Shown: piece after piece, positions 30,533 through 40,657 of the stretch
How positions within the stretch are numbered: the stretch's first letter is position 1
Layout: each line of letters starts with the position of its first letter
DNA from: a virus
Reading direction: 5' to 3' (one strand)
DNA length: 57,190 nucleotides
Virus record (IMG/VR): IMGVR_UViG_3300033183_000017
Span: 1 to 57,190 of that record
Translations under genes and position numbers: made by a program
Notes under the pieces: model-generated
Seen by the model: the letters and a program-made list of their open reading frames with translations, nothing else
The model's database searches: none
Told to the model about the DNA's origin: nothing

Positions 30533-33128
30533 AGAGGTCTACGAATCAGACCCTTTAGCGATGGCAAGCGCTTATGGCGTAGAGGCCGTCGATCCCGAAG
30601 AAACCGTGCAAGCGGTAAAAGATGTTGCGCAGTTTGGATGGGAAAGCTTACCCGGTGTCGGCACATATTATACCGTGCAAGATATTACTGAAGAGTTAGA
30701 ACAAGAAGCACCTAACTACATAAAGATTGGTCTTCTAGCGGGTACTGAAGTGATCGGCCTCATTCCCGGTATTGGCGATGCAGCCGCTAGTATGATCCGT
30801 AAGGGCGCAGACTTAGCTAAACCTGCACAAGAAGTAGTTGAAGTAACAAGCGATATACCTAAAGTACCACGCAAAGATACAGATGTACTACAAGCAGATG
30901 ACATTATTAAACAACCTCAAATGTCTAATGAGGAATATGATAGCTTATTCTTATCTTTAGACGAGGCAGATACACCCGAATCTTGGCAACAGGGTGCTAA
31001 AGCACTCATTAAGAAAGGCCGTGTAGCTGATCCTAGTATTAAAACACCTGAACTAGAAGACTCAACTAGGTTACTACTAGATAATAAAATCACTAGGGAA
31101 GAACACCTAGCTAACGTTGATAAGTATAAACCAGTTAACCCTTGGGATGCTCTACCGCGTGAACCTAGTGACAAAGCCCTTGTATTCGCTTTGGATTCTG
31201 GTAAGCGTACAGATGGGTTATTCGTACTAGACGATGCAACTACGGAAGCGTTAGGTGTAGCAAAGTCGCCTCTTTCAGTAGGTATGCGTTTTAATGGTCG
31301 CTTAGACATCCCAGCGTATAACTACCATGATACATGGATTGTATCAGGAACATCCCCAGCAGTGAAGACAGCAGACAATAAGGGTGTTACTACTTATGCC
31401 AAGGCTATTCACTATGTTGCTGATGGAGATAAACCTGTAAAGTTTGTAGCATCCCCAAAGATCAGTGAAGCGATTGGTACAGGTGAAAAGAACAAAACAG
31501 GTTACGCTACTGTATCTGGTATTGTTGGCGATCTTGATGTAGACGCTATTCGCGCTAAAGCAACGCAGTATTTAAACGATCCTGAGTGGACACAAGTGGG
31601 CTTTGACCCACGTAGACAAGGTGGCTTCTATGTCCGTGCGGGTGAAAACAAACATGTCCCAGTAAGGGAAGCTACCGAAGTAATACAGATTGGTCCACTA
31701 GTCTTAGCTCGTAACGCTAAGTTGGACTTCGAATATTCAGGATACAACGAGGGCGGTATGGCTATGGACGAACAAATGGATGCGGTATTTAAGTCAAGCC
31801 GCACTAACTTAGATGCAGTACCAGACAATACAGTGGGCATAGACCCTGAATCTGGTAACGAGATTCCACTAGGGTCACTACCTGAAGAGGTACGCGATGA
31901 CATTCCTGCGCAACTAAGTGAAGGCGAATACGTTGTACCTGCAGACGTTGTACGTTATTATGGCGTTAAGTTCTTTGAAGACTTACGTGCTGAAGCTAAG
32001 TTCGGCTATCAAGACATGGAAGAGAATGGTCGTATCGGCGGTGAACCTGCTGGCATGGAGACTGTAGAGCCTGAAGACGACATGATGTTTGATGAGTCAG
32101 AGCTTGAAGTCATGGAGATGAATGTGGGTGGTTACGCTCTAAATCCCGGTGACCCCGGTTATGACGAGATGGGTTCACTAGGTCTAGGCTCTGAAGGTAT
32201 AGGGTTAGGTACAGGAGAAGAGGGTGTTAACGCTGTAGAGATGGTAGCATATGTACACGAAGATGGTCGTGTTATTTATATTCTACATATCAACGGTGTA
32301 CCTCAAAACGAAGTACCTGCAGGATTCTACCCACGTACAGACGAAGAAAATACTGAAGAAGAGGATTCAACAGGCGAAGCAGCAGATGAATCACAGGTAG
32401 TTCAACAAGACAATGACCGTCCAGATTTTGCACCCACACCTGAAGCTATCGACTATAACAAGCTTACTCTTGACGAGATGCAAGAGATGATCAACGATCA
32501 GAAGTCACCTAAGATGAATATTGTTGCTGCAGGTCTAGGCGCTTTGAACCCGCTTATGGGTCTGTTCATGAAGGGTGCCATGATGCACCAAGCGAAACAA
32601 CTACAGAATGAGATGAACCGTAGGCTTGCAGGAGAGCTAACAACACAAGATAGAACCCGCCTAGAAGGTATGCTTAAAGAAGCACAAGAAGGTGGTGGTT
32701 TGATCAAGAAGATACTTGAAGGTTTCAAAGACGAAGAACCAGAAGCAACTGAACCATATACACCAGAGGTTGCAGCAGGTAGCGTGACTCTGCCGACTAC
32801 ACCTAAGCCAGAGGGTTTGTTAGAAACATCGACAGACGATCTAGTAAAAGCATTTGCTGCACCAGAAGCGTTTGCGATGGAAGAGTATAAGCGTAAGAAG
32901 ATGAAAGAGGCACAACAGAAAGTGGATAACCCACCTACTGTTGAATACTCACAGTCTGGTACAGATGATGTTATACAGGCTATGCAAGACAGAGATGCAC
33001 CACAAGCTGCTGTACAGGCAGCGCAACAAGAAGCAGAGAAAGTCGAAAGCGCAGTATCAGATATTAACAGAGGCATTCAGCGCGGCTTCAAGAAAGGTGG
33101 CTTAGCGTCTAAGAAGAAAAAGAAGTGA
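30516..33128 (+). CDS. large virion-associated protein of unknown function (870 aa)
   Basis: Located between portal and scaffold. It has acidic central tracts and a basic tail GFKKGGLASKKKKK. Confidence 0.6.
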   Translation: MVDKLKEVYESDPLAMASAYGVEAVDPEETVQAVKDVAQFGWESLPGVGTYYTVQDITEELEQEAPNYIKIGLLAGTEVIGLIPGIGDAAASMIRKGADLAKPAQEVVEVTSDIPKVPRKDTDVLQADDIIKQPQMSNEEYDSLFLSLDEADTPESWQQGAKALIKKGRVADPSIKTPELEDSTRLLLDNKITREEHLANVDKYKPVNPWDALPREPSDKALVFALDSGKRTDGLFVLDDATTEALGVAKSPLSVGMRFNGRLDIPAYNYHDTWIVSGTSPAVKTADNKGVTTYAKAIHYVADGDKPVKFVASPKISEAIGTGEKNKTGYATVSGIVGDLDVDAIRAKATQYLNDPEWTQVGFDPRRQGGFYVRAGENKHVPVREATEVIQIGPLVLARNAKLDFEYSGYNEGGMAMDEQMDAVFKSSRTNLDAVPDNTVGIDPESGNEIPLGSLPEEVRDDIPAQLSEGEYVVPADVVRYYGVKFFEDLRAEAKFGYQDMEENGRIGGEPAGMETVEPEDDMMFDESELEVMEMNVGGYALNPGDPGYDEMGSLGLGSEGIGLGTGEEGVNAVEMVAYVHEDGRVIYILHINGVPQNEVPAGFYPRTDEENTEEEDSTGEAADESQVVQQDNDRPDFAPTPEAIDYNKLTLDEMQEMINDQKSPKMNIVAAGLGALNPLMGLFMKGAMMHQAKQLQNEMNRRLAGELTTQDRTRLEGMLKEAQEGGGLIKKILEGFKDEEPEATEPYTPEVAAGSVTLPTTPKPEGLLETSTDDLVKAFAAPEAFAMEEYKRKKMKEAQQKVDNPPTVEYSQSGTDDVIQAMQDRDAPQAAVQAAQQEAEKVESAVSDINRGIQRGFKKGGLASKKKKK

Positions 33129-33201
33129 TCGGCCCCGATCCGATAATCATATAACTATAATGGCATACCCGCTTCGGCGGCCCCAACATAAGGAGAAATA
33201 A

Positions 33202-34143
33202 ATGTCGGAAGCCCAAGTAGAAGTAATCAGCGCAGCACCACATGCACGTAATGCTGCGCGTATTGCAGCAGACGAAGCTGAACTAGAAGCTCTAAAAAAG
33301 CAAATTCGTGGTGAAACTGATGAAGAAGAAACCAGTGATAGTGAACCCGATAGCGAAAGCGTTGAGGACACCCAAGTTCAGAATGAAAGTGTACCAGAAC
33401 AAAAAGCAGAAGCTGATGAATCAAAAGCCGAAGCACAAGAAGAAGATACTGGACTAAGCGCAGAAGAGAAAACTTTTAAGAAACGCTACGCTGACATTCG
33501 TAAACACATGCAGGACAAAGATGCAGAACATAAAGCTGCACTAGAAAAACTGCAAAAGCAACTAGAGGCAGCTACTAAAAACGAACTTGTACTACCTAAG
33601 TCGGAAGATGAAGTAGAAGCTTGGGCCAAGAAGTACCCAGATGTTGCAGGTATTATCGAAGCTATTGCTGACAAGAAAGCTAATGAACGTGCGTCAGACT
33701 TAGATGGACGCCTCAAAGAGATTGAGGAACTGCGTGTAACAGCTAAGCGTGAAAAGGCAGAAGCTGAACTAGCACAGATGCACCCAGACTTTAACAGCAT
33801 TCGTGAAGATGATGCATTCCACACTTGGGCAGAAGGACAGCCTCAGTGGATTCAGAATGCTTTGTACGAGAATACGGATGACGCTAAATCTGTGGCCCGT
33901 GTGATTGACCTTTACAAGACAGATAAGGGTATCACCACAAAGAAAGCTTCAAGCGCTGACAAGGACGCTGCAAGCTCTGTGAAGAGCAAACGTGCAGCAC
34001 CACCACAGACAGATGATCGCTCAACTTACCTACGTGAATCTCAAGTAGAGAAAATGAGCATCAAAGAATACGAGAAACGTGCTGAAGAAATCATGGAAGC
34101 ACAACGCTCAGGCAAGTTTATTTACGATATTACAAGAAAGTAA
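33202..34143 (+). CDS. scaffolding protein (putative)
   Basis: 313 aa, highly charged and helical (E/K/A-rich). It lies directly upstream of the capsid gene and has the SD AAGGAGA. Confidence 0.6.
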   Translation: MSEAQVEVISAAPHARNAARIAADEAELEALKKQIRGETDEEETSDSEPDSESVEDTQVQNESVPEQKAEADESKAEAQEEDTGLSAEEKTFKKRYADIRKHMQDKDAEHKAALEKLQKQLEAATKNELVLPKSEDEVEAWAKKYPDVAGIIEAIADKKANERASDLDGRLKEIEELRVTAKREKAEAELAQMHPDFNSIREDDAFHTWAEGQPQWIQNALYENTDDAKSVARVIDLYKTDKGITTKKASSADKDAASSVKSKRAAPPQTDDRSTYLRESQVEKMSIKEYEKRAEEIMEAQRSGKFIYDITRK

Positions 34144-34171
34144 TTGACAATCGTAACTTCGTGAATACAAC
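34144..34171 (+). promoter_or_regulatory. sigma70-like promoter TTGACA-N16-TACAAC upstream of the capsid gene
   Basis: TTGACA is at 34144..34149 and TACAAC at 34166..34171. The context matches the 20592 and 18951 elements. Confidence 0.55.
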
Positions 34172-34339
34172 TATAGCATATACACAACGCATAAGTGTGT
34201 ATGCTTTTCACTAAGCACTAAGCCACACAAAAAGACTTACCCATACAGAATCGGCCCCTTCTAGGACTACCCGAAGACGTTGGCCTCTTTAGTGGATATT
34301 GTGTTAATCGTAAACGCCATATCTATAAGGAGAATTATT

Positions 34340-35398
34340 ATGGCTATTGGTTCCGCATCAGGCGGTTTTGACGGAAACTGGTCCCCAGTTATCTATTCCA
34401 AACAGGCACAGATTGCACTTCGCAAAGCTGCTGTCACAAACGCAATCACAAACAACTCTTACTTCGGTGAGATCGCCAACCAAGGTGACGTTGTTCGTAT
34501 TCAAAAAGAACCAGATGTAACTGTAAACGCTCTACAGCGTCACACAGCTATTTCTGTTGAGAAGTTGAACGATGAAGACTTCTCTCTAACAATCGACAAA
34601 GCTAACTACTTCGCGTTCAAAATGGACGACATCGAAGACCAGTTCGCAAACGTTGATTACGTTAGCCTAGCTGCAGACCGTGCGGCATACAAAATGGCTG
34701 ACGCGATGGACGCAGACGTATTGTCTTACTTGTCTGGTCACACAACAGCAGGTGTTAAAATCACAACAACATCTGGTGATGCGCAGCACGACACTGCTGG
34801 TTCACTAACAGGTGAATTCTTGACAGCGAACCACTTGGACGCTCAAGACATCAACAACATCACAACAACTGAGTCTGCTTCATCAACAGGTGACTCTATC
34901 CCTCTAGCACCACGTCTACCGGGTGCAACAGCGTTGTCAACATCAACAGCATCACCTCTAGCGGTTATTGCTCGTATGGCACGTCAGATGGATACAGCAA
35001 ACGTTGACTCACGTGGTCGTTGGCTGGTAGTTGACCCAGTATTTATCGAACTGCTTAAAGACGAAGATTCACGTCTTCTAAACGCAGACTTCGGTGGCTC
35101 AGGTCTACAAAACGGTATCATGGCAAACAACATCCATGGCTTCCGTTTGTATGTATCTAACAACCTACCTTCAAAAGGCACAGGTCCGGGTACATCAGGC
35201 TCAACAGCGCAAGACGACAACTACGGTGTTATCGTTGCAGGTCAGGACGAAGCAGTAGCTTCAGCGGAGCAAATCAACAAAGTTGAGAACTACCGTGACC
35301 CTGATTCATTCGCAGACATCGTACGCGGTATGCACCTATATGGACGTAAGATTCTACGCCCAGAAGCACTAGTAACAGCGCGTTACAACGCTGCTTAA
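34340..35398 (+). CDS. major capsid protein
   Basis: ATG 34340 follows the strong SD AAGGAG. The gene has its own promoter upstream and a strong terminator downstream, and sits after the scaffold gene. The track ORF extends to 34280. Confidence 0.75.
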   Translation: MAIGSASGGFDGNWSPVIYSKQAQIALRKAAVTNAITNNSYFGEIANQGDVVRIQKEPDVTVNALQRHTAISVEKLNDEDFSLTIDKANYFAFKMDDIEDQFANVDYVSLAADRAAYKMADAMDADVLSYLSGHTTAGVKITTTSGDAQHDTAGSLTGEFLTANHLDAQDINNITTTESASSTGDSIPLAPRLPGATALSTSTASPLAVIARMARQMDTANVDSRGRWLVVDPVFIELLKDEDSRLLNADFGGSGLQNGIMANNIHGFRLYVSNNLPSKGTGPGTSGSTAQDDNYGVIVAGQDEAVASAEQINKVENYRDPDSFADIVRGMHLYGRKILRPEALVTARYNAA

Positions 35399-35411
35399 TT
35401 TAGGCTAATAG

Positions 35412-35446
35412 AGAGGCTGGCTACATGCTGGCCTCTTTGTGCTTTT
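35412..35446 (+). terminator. rho-independent terminator after the capsid gene
   Basis: AGAGGCTGGC / GCTGGCCTCT form a ~10-bp stem with two G-U pairs, followed by TTTGTGCTTTT. Confidence 0.65.
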
Positions 35447-35465
35447 AGACGAGAGGACATTCCCT

Positions 35466-35903
35466 ATGGCAATTACTACGGCAATGTGCAACAGCTTCAA
35501 GCAGGAATTGCTTGGGGGTACACATGACTTAGATACGGATACTCTTAAGATCGCCTTGATCAAAGATTCTCCGACAGGTACTTACGGTGCCGCTACAACA
35601 AACTACTCTGACGTTACAGGTAACTCTGACGAAGCGACAGGTACAAACTACACAGCAGGTGGTCAGGCTCTTGATTCTGCTACTATTTCTCTTTCAGGCT
35701 CAACAGCCTTTGTTGACTTTGCAGACGAGGTTTTCTCAGACCTAACTATTTCTGCTGACGGAGCTATTATTTATAACTCTTCACAGTCAAACAAAGCTAT
35801 CGCAGTATTCGACTTTGGCGGTACAGTTACTTCTACATCTGGTGACTTTACTGTTGTATTCCCAACTGCAGATAGTTCTAACGCTGTTATCCGAATCAGC
35901 TAA
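35466..35903 (+). CDS. virion structural protein (putative), 145 aa
   Basis: ATG 35466 follows GAGAGGA. The protein is Thr/Ser/Gly-rich and beta-like, and lies between the capsid and fibre genes. Confidence 0.5.
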   Translation: MAITTAMCNSFKQELLGGTHDLDTDTLKIALIKDSPTGTYGAATTNYSDVTGNSDEATGTNYTAGGQALDSATISLSGSTAFVDFADEVFSDLTISADGAIIYNSSQSNKAIAVFDFGGTVTSTSGDFTVVFPTADSSNAVIRIS

Positions 35904-35917
35904 TAAGGTAATACACA

Positions 35918-38900
35918 ATGGCATTAGTAATTAAAGATCGTGTTAAGGAAGGTACAACTACCACAGGTACTGGCGACATTAGCCTATCTGGGGCAGCAGC
36001 TACATTCAGCACCTTCCAGTCGCATATGTCAAATGCGGATACAACCTACTATGCCATTGTGCATACCTCTTCTGGTACGGATGAATGGGAAGTTGGGCTA
36101 GGTACGTGGAACACGGGTAACACCCTTACACGTACTACAGTCTATGATGGTTCTAGCGGTACATCTAAAGTAAACTTTAGCTCAGGTACCAAGAACGTAT
36201 TTATGGTATCACCTGCAGATAAGACTGTTCTTAAAGATTCATCAGGTGATGTTACTATTGACCTAACTGCTATTGATGACACTGTTATTGGTGGGACAAC
36301 AGCAGCGGCAGGTACATTTACAACACTTACAACAAGTGGCTCTACAGGTTATATTGACCTAGCATCTTTTTCTACTCACCCAGCGCACCAAGAAGGTCGT
36401 ATCTTTTACGACTCTACTCACGGCACACTAAACGTTTATAATGGTGAAGCTGATATTACACTAGAGATTGGGCAAGAGCAGTATGTTCGCGTCTACAACA
36501 ACTCTGGTGCTACTTTGGCTAATGGTAAGCCTGTGTACTTCACAGGTGCAAACGGCGAGGTTCCTACTGTTGCTTTGGCTAATGGTACAAGTTCGACTAA
36601 GTACAACGTACAAGGTTTGGCAACCCATGATATAGAGGATAGCTCTTACGGTTACATTACTATTCAGGGTATGGTACGTGGAATAGACACCTCTGGTCTA
36701 ACGGCAGGTCAAAACTTCTTCTTGGGTTTGACAGATGGTGCTTTAACAAACACACCACCTTCTTATCCTAACTTCCCTATGTGTATGGGTTATGTAGTCA
36801 AGTCTCACGCCTCAGATGGTGAGCTTCTTATTGCTACACAGGACCATACGGTTAACTCGTTCCGTGTTGTTAATGATACTTATGTAGGCGGTGATCTTAC
36901 TGTATCTGGTGACCTGACTGTTTCAGGTACACAGACGGTTGCATCATCTAATAACGTTTCTCTTGGTGCTTCTTTCCAGTACCTAAATTCTGGTGACACT
37001 ATCGGTGAATCTGGTACTATACAGTCTACAGGCTCTGGCCTAGATGATGCTACACTAACAGGACACTATACAGGTACAGCATCTAAAACGTTCTACGTTA
37101 AGATTGATGGCACAGGTACACCTGACACATTTAGTTGGTCAGACGATAACTTTGCTACAACAGAAGCTACAGGCGTATCTATTACAGGTAACGATCAAAC
37201 ACTGGCAGACGGTATCTCTGTTAAGTTTGCAGCTACTACGGGTCACACATCAGGCGACATCTGGTCAGGTACAGCAGCACCTGCTAACGTAGACACAGGT
37301 TTGTTCACTAACCGCAATACAGGTTCTTCTGGTGTTGGCTACACACACATGGGTTTGTTCTTTGATGCCTCTACTGAGAAGTGGACGCTACTAGATGAGT
37401 ATGATCCAGAGCCTAGCGGAACTATTAACCTAGCAGATAGCTCTGTATCTTATGCTACACTTAAAGCGGGTACTTTTGAGGGTGACCTAACTGGTGATGT
37501 TACAGGTGATGTTACAGGTAACGCATCTACTGCTACTGCACTAGAGACACCTCGTAATATAGGTGGCGTATCTTTTGATGGTTCAGCTAATATTAACCTG
37601 CCCGGTGTTAACACTACAGGTAACCAAAATACCACAGGCAGTGCAGCTACACTTACAACAGCACGTACTATTCAGCTAACAGGTGACGTAACAGGTAGTG
37701 CCACATTCGATGGTTCAGCTAATGCGTCTATCACAGCTACTGTTGTAGATGATTCACACTCACACGTTATCTCTAACGTAGATGGACTACAGACAGCACT
37801 AGATGGTAAAACAGCTACTACTCGTACTCTTACTGCAGGTAATGGTCTTACTGGCGGTGGAGACTTATCAGCTAATAGAACGTTTACTGTAGGCGCTGGT
37901 ACAGGCGTTACAGTTAACGCTAATGACGTTGCTATTGGTCAAGACGTTGCTACTACTGCAAGCCCTACTTTTGCAGGTGGTACCTTTACAGGCCATGTCA
38001 GCTTTGGTGACAATGATCAAATACAGATTGGTGATGGTAATGACCTAGTTTTATATCATGATGGAAGCAACAACGTTATTACTGCAGATACTGGTGACCT
38101 ATATGTACAAAATAACACTAATGACAAAGATGTTATTATACGTACAGACAATGGTAGTGGCGGCGTAGCAACTTATATTCTCTGTGATGGTAGTGATGGT
38201 GCAGTAAATCTGTACCACTACGGCACAAAGAAATTCAACACTAATAGTAGTGGTATTTCGGTAACTGGCGACATCGCAGTATCTGGCAACGTAGATGGTC
38301 GTGACATCAGTGGTATCACAGCGACTAACGCTGAGTTAAACTTGCTTGACGGTGCTACAGTTACGACAGCAGAGATCAACAAGCTTGATGGCTTTACAGG
38401 TGTAGTTGCTGATTTGAACTACGCTAAAGACCTACGTGCTACAGGGGTTACAACAGCAGAGTTTGACAAGCTAGACGGTCTGACAGCTACTACTGCAGAG
38501 TTGAACATCATGGATGGTGTTACTGCTACTACAGCAGAGCTAAACATTATGGATGGTGTAACAGCGACAACTGCAGAGTTAAATTATGTAGACGGTGTAA
38601 CGTCAAACATTCAGACACAGCTAGACGCTAAGTTAGAATCTCACCCAACTATTACAGCAGCATCGTCTTCTGATAACTCAGGGCGTACTTACATTCAGGA
38701 CATTACACTAGACAGTAATGGACACGTTACAGGTTTAGCAACAGCTACAGAAACTGTAACAGACACAACGTACACAGGTGGTGGAGACTACGGTATCACG
38801 ATCAGTGGCACGGAAATTCGCTTGGAAGATGACCGCCGCCGCAATTCAAGCACGGTTGACGTATATTCTGGTAACACGAACGATTATACGTTTTACGATG

Positions 38901-39307
38901 CTGACGTAGGCATTCGTTGGTATACTGCGAATGCAGAAGAGATGCGCCTTGAAGATGATGGAGACTTGCACGTTGATGGTAACGTAACTGCATACTCAAC
39001 AACCGTTTCAGATGAACGCCTAAAGACAGACATAGAACGTATTGAAGGTGCGTTAGACAAGGTTTGTGCTTTGTCTGGTTACACATTCACATACAAGCAT
39101 GATGGAAAGGCGTCAGCGGGTGTTATTGCGCAAGAGGTTGAGAAAGTCTTACCGTCAGCCGTTATCGAAAAAGAGTTGGCATTTCAAGGTGAAGCGGGAC
39201 AGGAATACAAAATCGTACAATACGATCAGCTTCACGGCTTGTTAATCGAAGCTATCAAAGAGTTGAAAGACGAGATCAAGGATTTAAGATCAGAACTAGG
39301 AGTGTAA
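35918..39307 (+). CDS. tail fibre protein 1 with C-terminal intramolecular chaperone (peptidase S74-like) domain
   Basis: The N-terminal KEGTTTTGTGDISLSGAA..EWEVGLGTW fibre-anchor pattern, TAELNxxDG repeats, and a C-terminal SDERLKTDI...GYTFTYK..AGVIAQEVEKVLP..V..YDQL..LLIEAIKEL. Confidence 0.85.
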   Translation: MALVIKDRVKEGTTTTGTGDISLSGAAATFSTFQSHMSNADTTYYAIVHTSSGTDEWEVGLGTWNTGNTLTRTTVYDGSSGTSKVNFSSGTKNVFMVSPADKTVLKDSSGDVTIDLTAIDDTVIGGTTAAAGTFTTLTTSGSTGYIDLASFSTHPAHQEGRIFYDSTHGTLNVYNGEADITLEIGQEQYVRVYNNSGATLANGKPVYFTGANGEVPTVALANGTSSTKYNVQGLATHDIEDSSYGYITIQGMVRGIDTSGLTAGQNFFLGLTDGALTNTPPSYPNFPMCMGYVVKSHASDGELLIATQDHTVNSFRVVNDTYVGGDLTVSGDLTVSGTQTVASSNNVSLGASFQYLNSGDTIGESGTIQSTGSGLDDATLTGHYTGTASKTFYVKIDGTGTPDTFSWSDDNFATTEATGVSITGNDQTLADGISVKFAATTGHTSGDIWSGTAAPANVDTGLFTNRNTGSSGVGYTHMGLFFDASTEKWTLLDEYDPEPSGTINLADSSVSYATLKAGTFEGDLTGDVTGDVTGNASTATALETPRNIGGVSFDGSANINLPGVNTTGNQNTTGSAATLTTARTIQLTGDVTGSATFDGSANASITATVVDDSHSHVISNVDGLQTALDGKTATTRTLTAGNGLTGGGDLSANRTFTVGAGTGVTVNANDVAIGQDVATTASPTFAGGTFTGHVSFGDNDQIQIGDGNDLVLYHDGSNNVITADTGDLYVQNNTNDKDVIIRTDNGSGGVATYILCDGSDGAVNLYHYGTKKFNTNSSGISVTGDIAVSGNVDGRDISGITATNAELNLLDGATVTTAEINKLDGFTGVVADLNYAKDLRATGVTTAEFDKLDGLTATTAELNIMDGVTATTAELNIMDGVTATTAELNYVDGVTSNIQTQLDAKLESHPTITAASSSDNSGRTYIQDITLDSNGHVTGLATATETVTDTTYTGGGDYGITISGTEIRLEDDRRRNSSTVDVYSGNTNDYTFYDADVGIRWYTANAEEMRLEDDGDLHVDGNVTAYSTTVSDERLKTDIERIEGALDKVCALSGYTFTYKHDGKASAGVIAQEVEKVLPSAVIEKELAFQGEAGQEYKIVQYDQLHGLLIEAIKELKDEIKDLRSELGV

Positions 39308-39308
39308 T

Positions 39309-40259
39309 ATGGCTCTACAAAACTCAGGTCAAATTTCTTTAAACGACATACACGTAGAAGCAGGTGGGTCTAGTGGCTCTGCAGTTTCTATTAACGACAG
39401 TGATGTTCGTGGGTTGATCGACAAAGGGTCTGCCGCACAGATGTCTTTCAGCGAATGGTACGGCGCACAGGCCGAGGTTGTTCTAAGCTCTGCAGGTACT
39501 ATCAACGGATATGGTAACCGTAAACAAATCACAGTATCTAGCTTTATCTCTTCTGGTGAGACATTACGCATCCCATCTAATATGTATGTGTGGTCTGATT
39601 CTACAGGTACACCTGCACTAACGGTAAACATTCCCTGTACTATTATCAACGAAGGTCGTATTATTGGTAAAGGCGGTAACGGAGGTAACAGCTACGGTTC
39701 TGGTGCAGGTGGTGGTATTGGCCTACGTATCACATCTAGTGGCGTAACTATTATCAACGAATCAGGTGGTTACATCGCTGGCGGCGGTGGAGGTGGCGGT
39801 GGAGGCCGTTACAACACAAACATCGCAGGTGGTGGCGGTGGCGCAGGTGGCGGCAACGGAGGCTACGGCGCATTCCCTTACACTTATAACATTACCTCTG
39901 GCGGTTCTGGTGGTGCTATCAACGGTACTTCTACAGGTTCAAACTCTGGTGCAGGTGCTGGCGGTGGAGGCGGCGGCGGTGGTTCTGCAGGTGGCGGCGG
40001 TGGCCGTATCCTACCGGGCGTTGGTAAAGCAGGTAACTGTGGTGGAACTAACTGCGGTGGTATCGGCGGCAGTGGCGGTAACGTAGGTGGTAACCACCGT
40101 ACAGGTCAACAAGGCGGTTCTGCTGCTGCAGGTGGCGGCGGTTGGGGAGCGCGAGGCGGTACTGGTGGTACAGGCGGTTATGGTAACGGCGGTGCTGCAA
40201 TCAGTAAAACAACTAGTTATAGCTTAACAAATAACGGTACAATATACGGGTCTACATAA
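39309..40259 (+). CDS. glycine-rich protein, paralog A (putative fibre-associated adhesin)
   Basis: 316 aa. The N-terminal ~115 aa and several Gly-rich blocks are shared with 45958..46950. Confidence 0.7.
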   Translation: MALQNSGQISLNDIHVEAGGSSGSAVSINDSDVRGLIDKGSAAQMSFSEWYGAQAEVVLSSAGTINGYGNRKQITVSSFISSGETLRIPSNMYVWSDSTGTPALTVNIPCTIINEGRIIGKGGNGGNSYGSGAGGGIGLRITSSGVTIINESGGYIAGGGGGGGGGRYNTNIAGGGGGAGGGNGGYGAFPYTYNITSGGSGGAINGTSTGSNSGAGAGGGGGGGGSAGGGGGRILPGVGKAGNCGGTNCGGIGGSGGNVGGNHRTGQQGGSAAAGGGGWGARGGTGGTGGYGNGGAAISKTTSYSLTNNGTIYGST

Positions 40260-40645
40260 TGTCTACTAAATGGTGGTATGGTCATAACGAGTACAATACT
40301 AGGGCAGAAGCTGATCAAGCAGTACTAGATATGAGAGACTTGCTAGATAGTCAGCCTAATGAATATGTTTCAGTAACTCCTGTTACACAAGCTGACAACG
40401 GCGGTTGGCTTATATCCGATGATGCCTACACAGATAGTGAAATACTAAACTTAGATACTTCAGGATACTACAACGTCACCAATCATTTTACAGGTGAAAC
40501 CTTTGTAGGTCTGGCAGGTACGGATGTAGGCGCTAAGATAAGCGAAGGTAAACGTATTTATGCTCAGCAATACGAAGTAACTCTTTTAAGGGAAATAAGA
40601 GATCACACCCCTACAAATGTAGATATGTCTGTCTACTTAGACTAA
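40259..40645 (+). CDS. hypothetical protein (128 aa)
   Basis: Track ORF with a TAATG junction. Confidence 0.55.
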   Translation: MSTKWWYGHNEYNTRAEADQAVLDMRDLLDSQPNEYVSVTPVTQADNGGWLISDDAYTDSEILNLDTSGYYNVTNHFTGETFVGLAGTDVGAKISEGKRIYAQQYEVTLLREIRDHTPTNVDMSVYLD

Positions 40646-40657
40646 GGAATATAGTTA

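Noticed and set aside
33169-33180. CCGC-TTCG-GCGG tetraloop hairpin in front of the scaffold gene as a terminator or processing site
   Set aside because: The stem is only 4 bp and has no T-run. It is too weak to call from sequence alone.
39766-40086. Alternative-frame and antisense ORFs within the Gly-rich genes (39766..40086, 46304..46741, 46562..46828, 39329..39649)
   Set aside because: GGN-repeat DNA is open in several frames. The V/A-rich or R/H-rich products are frame-shadow artefacts of the Gly-rich coding frame.
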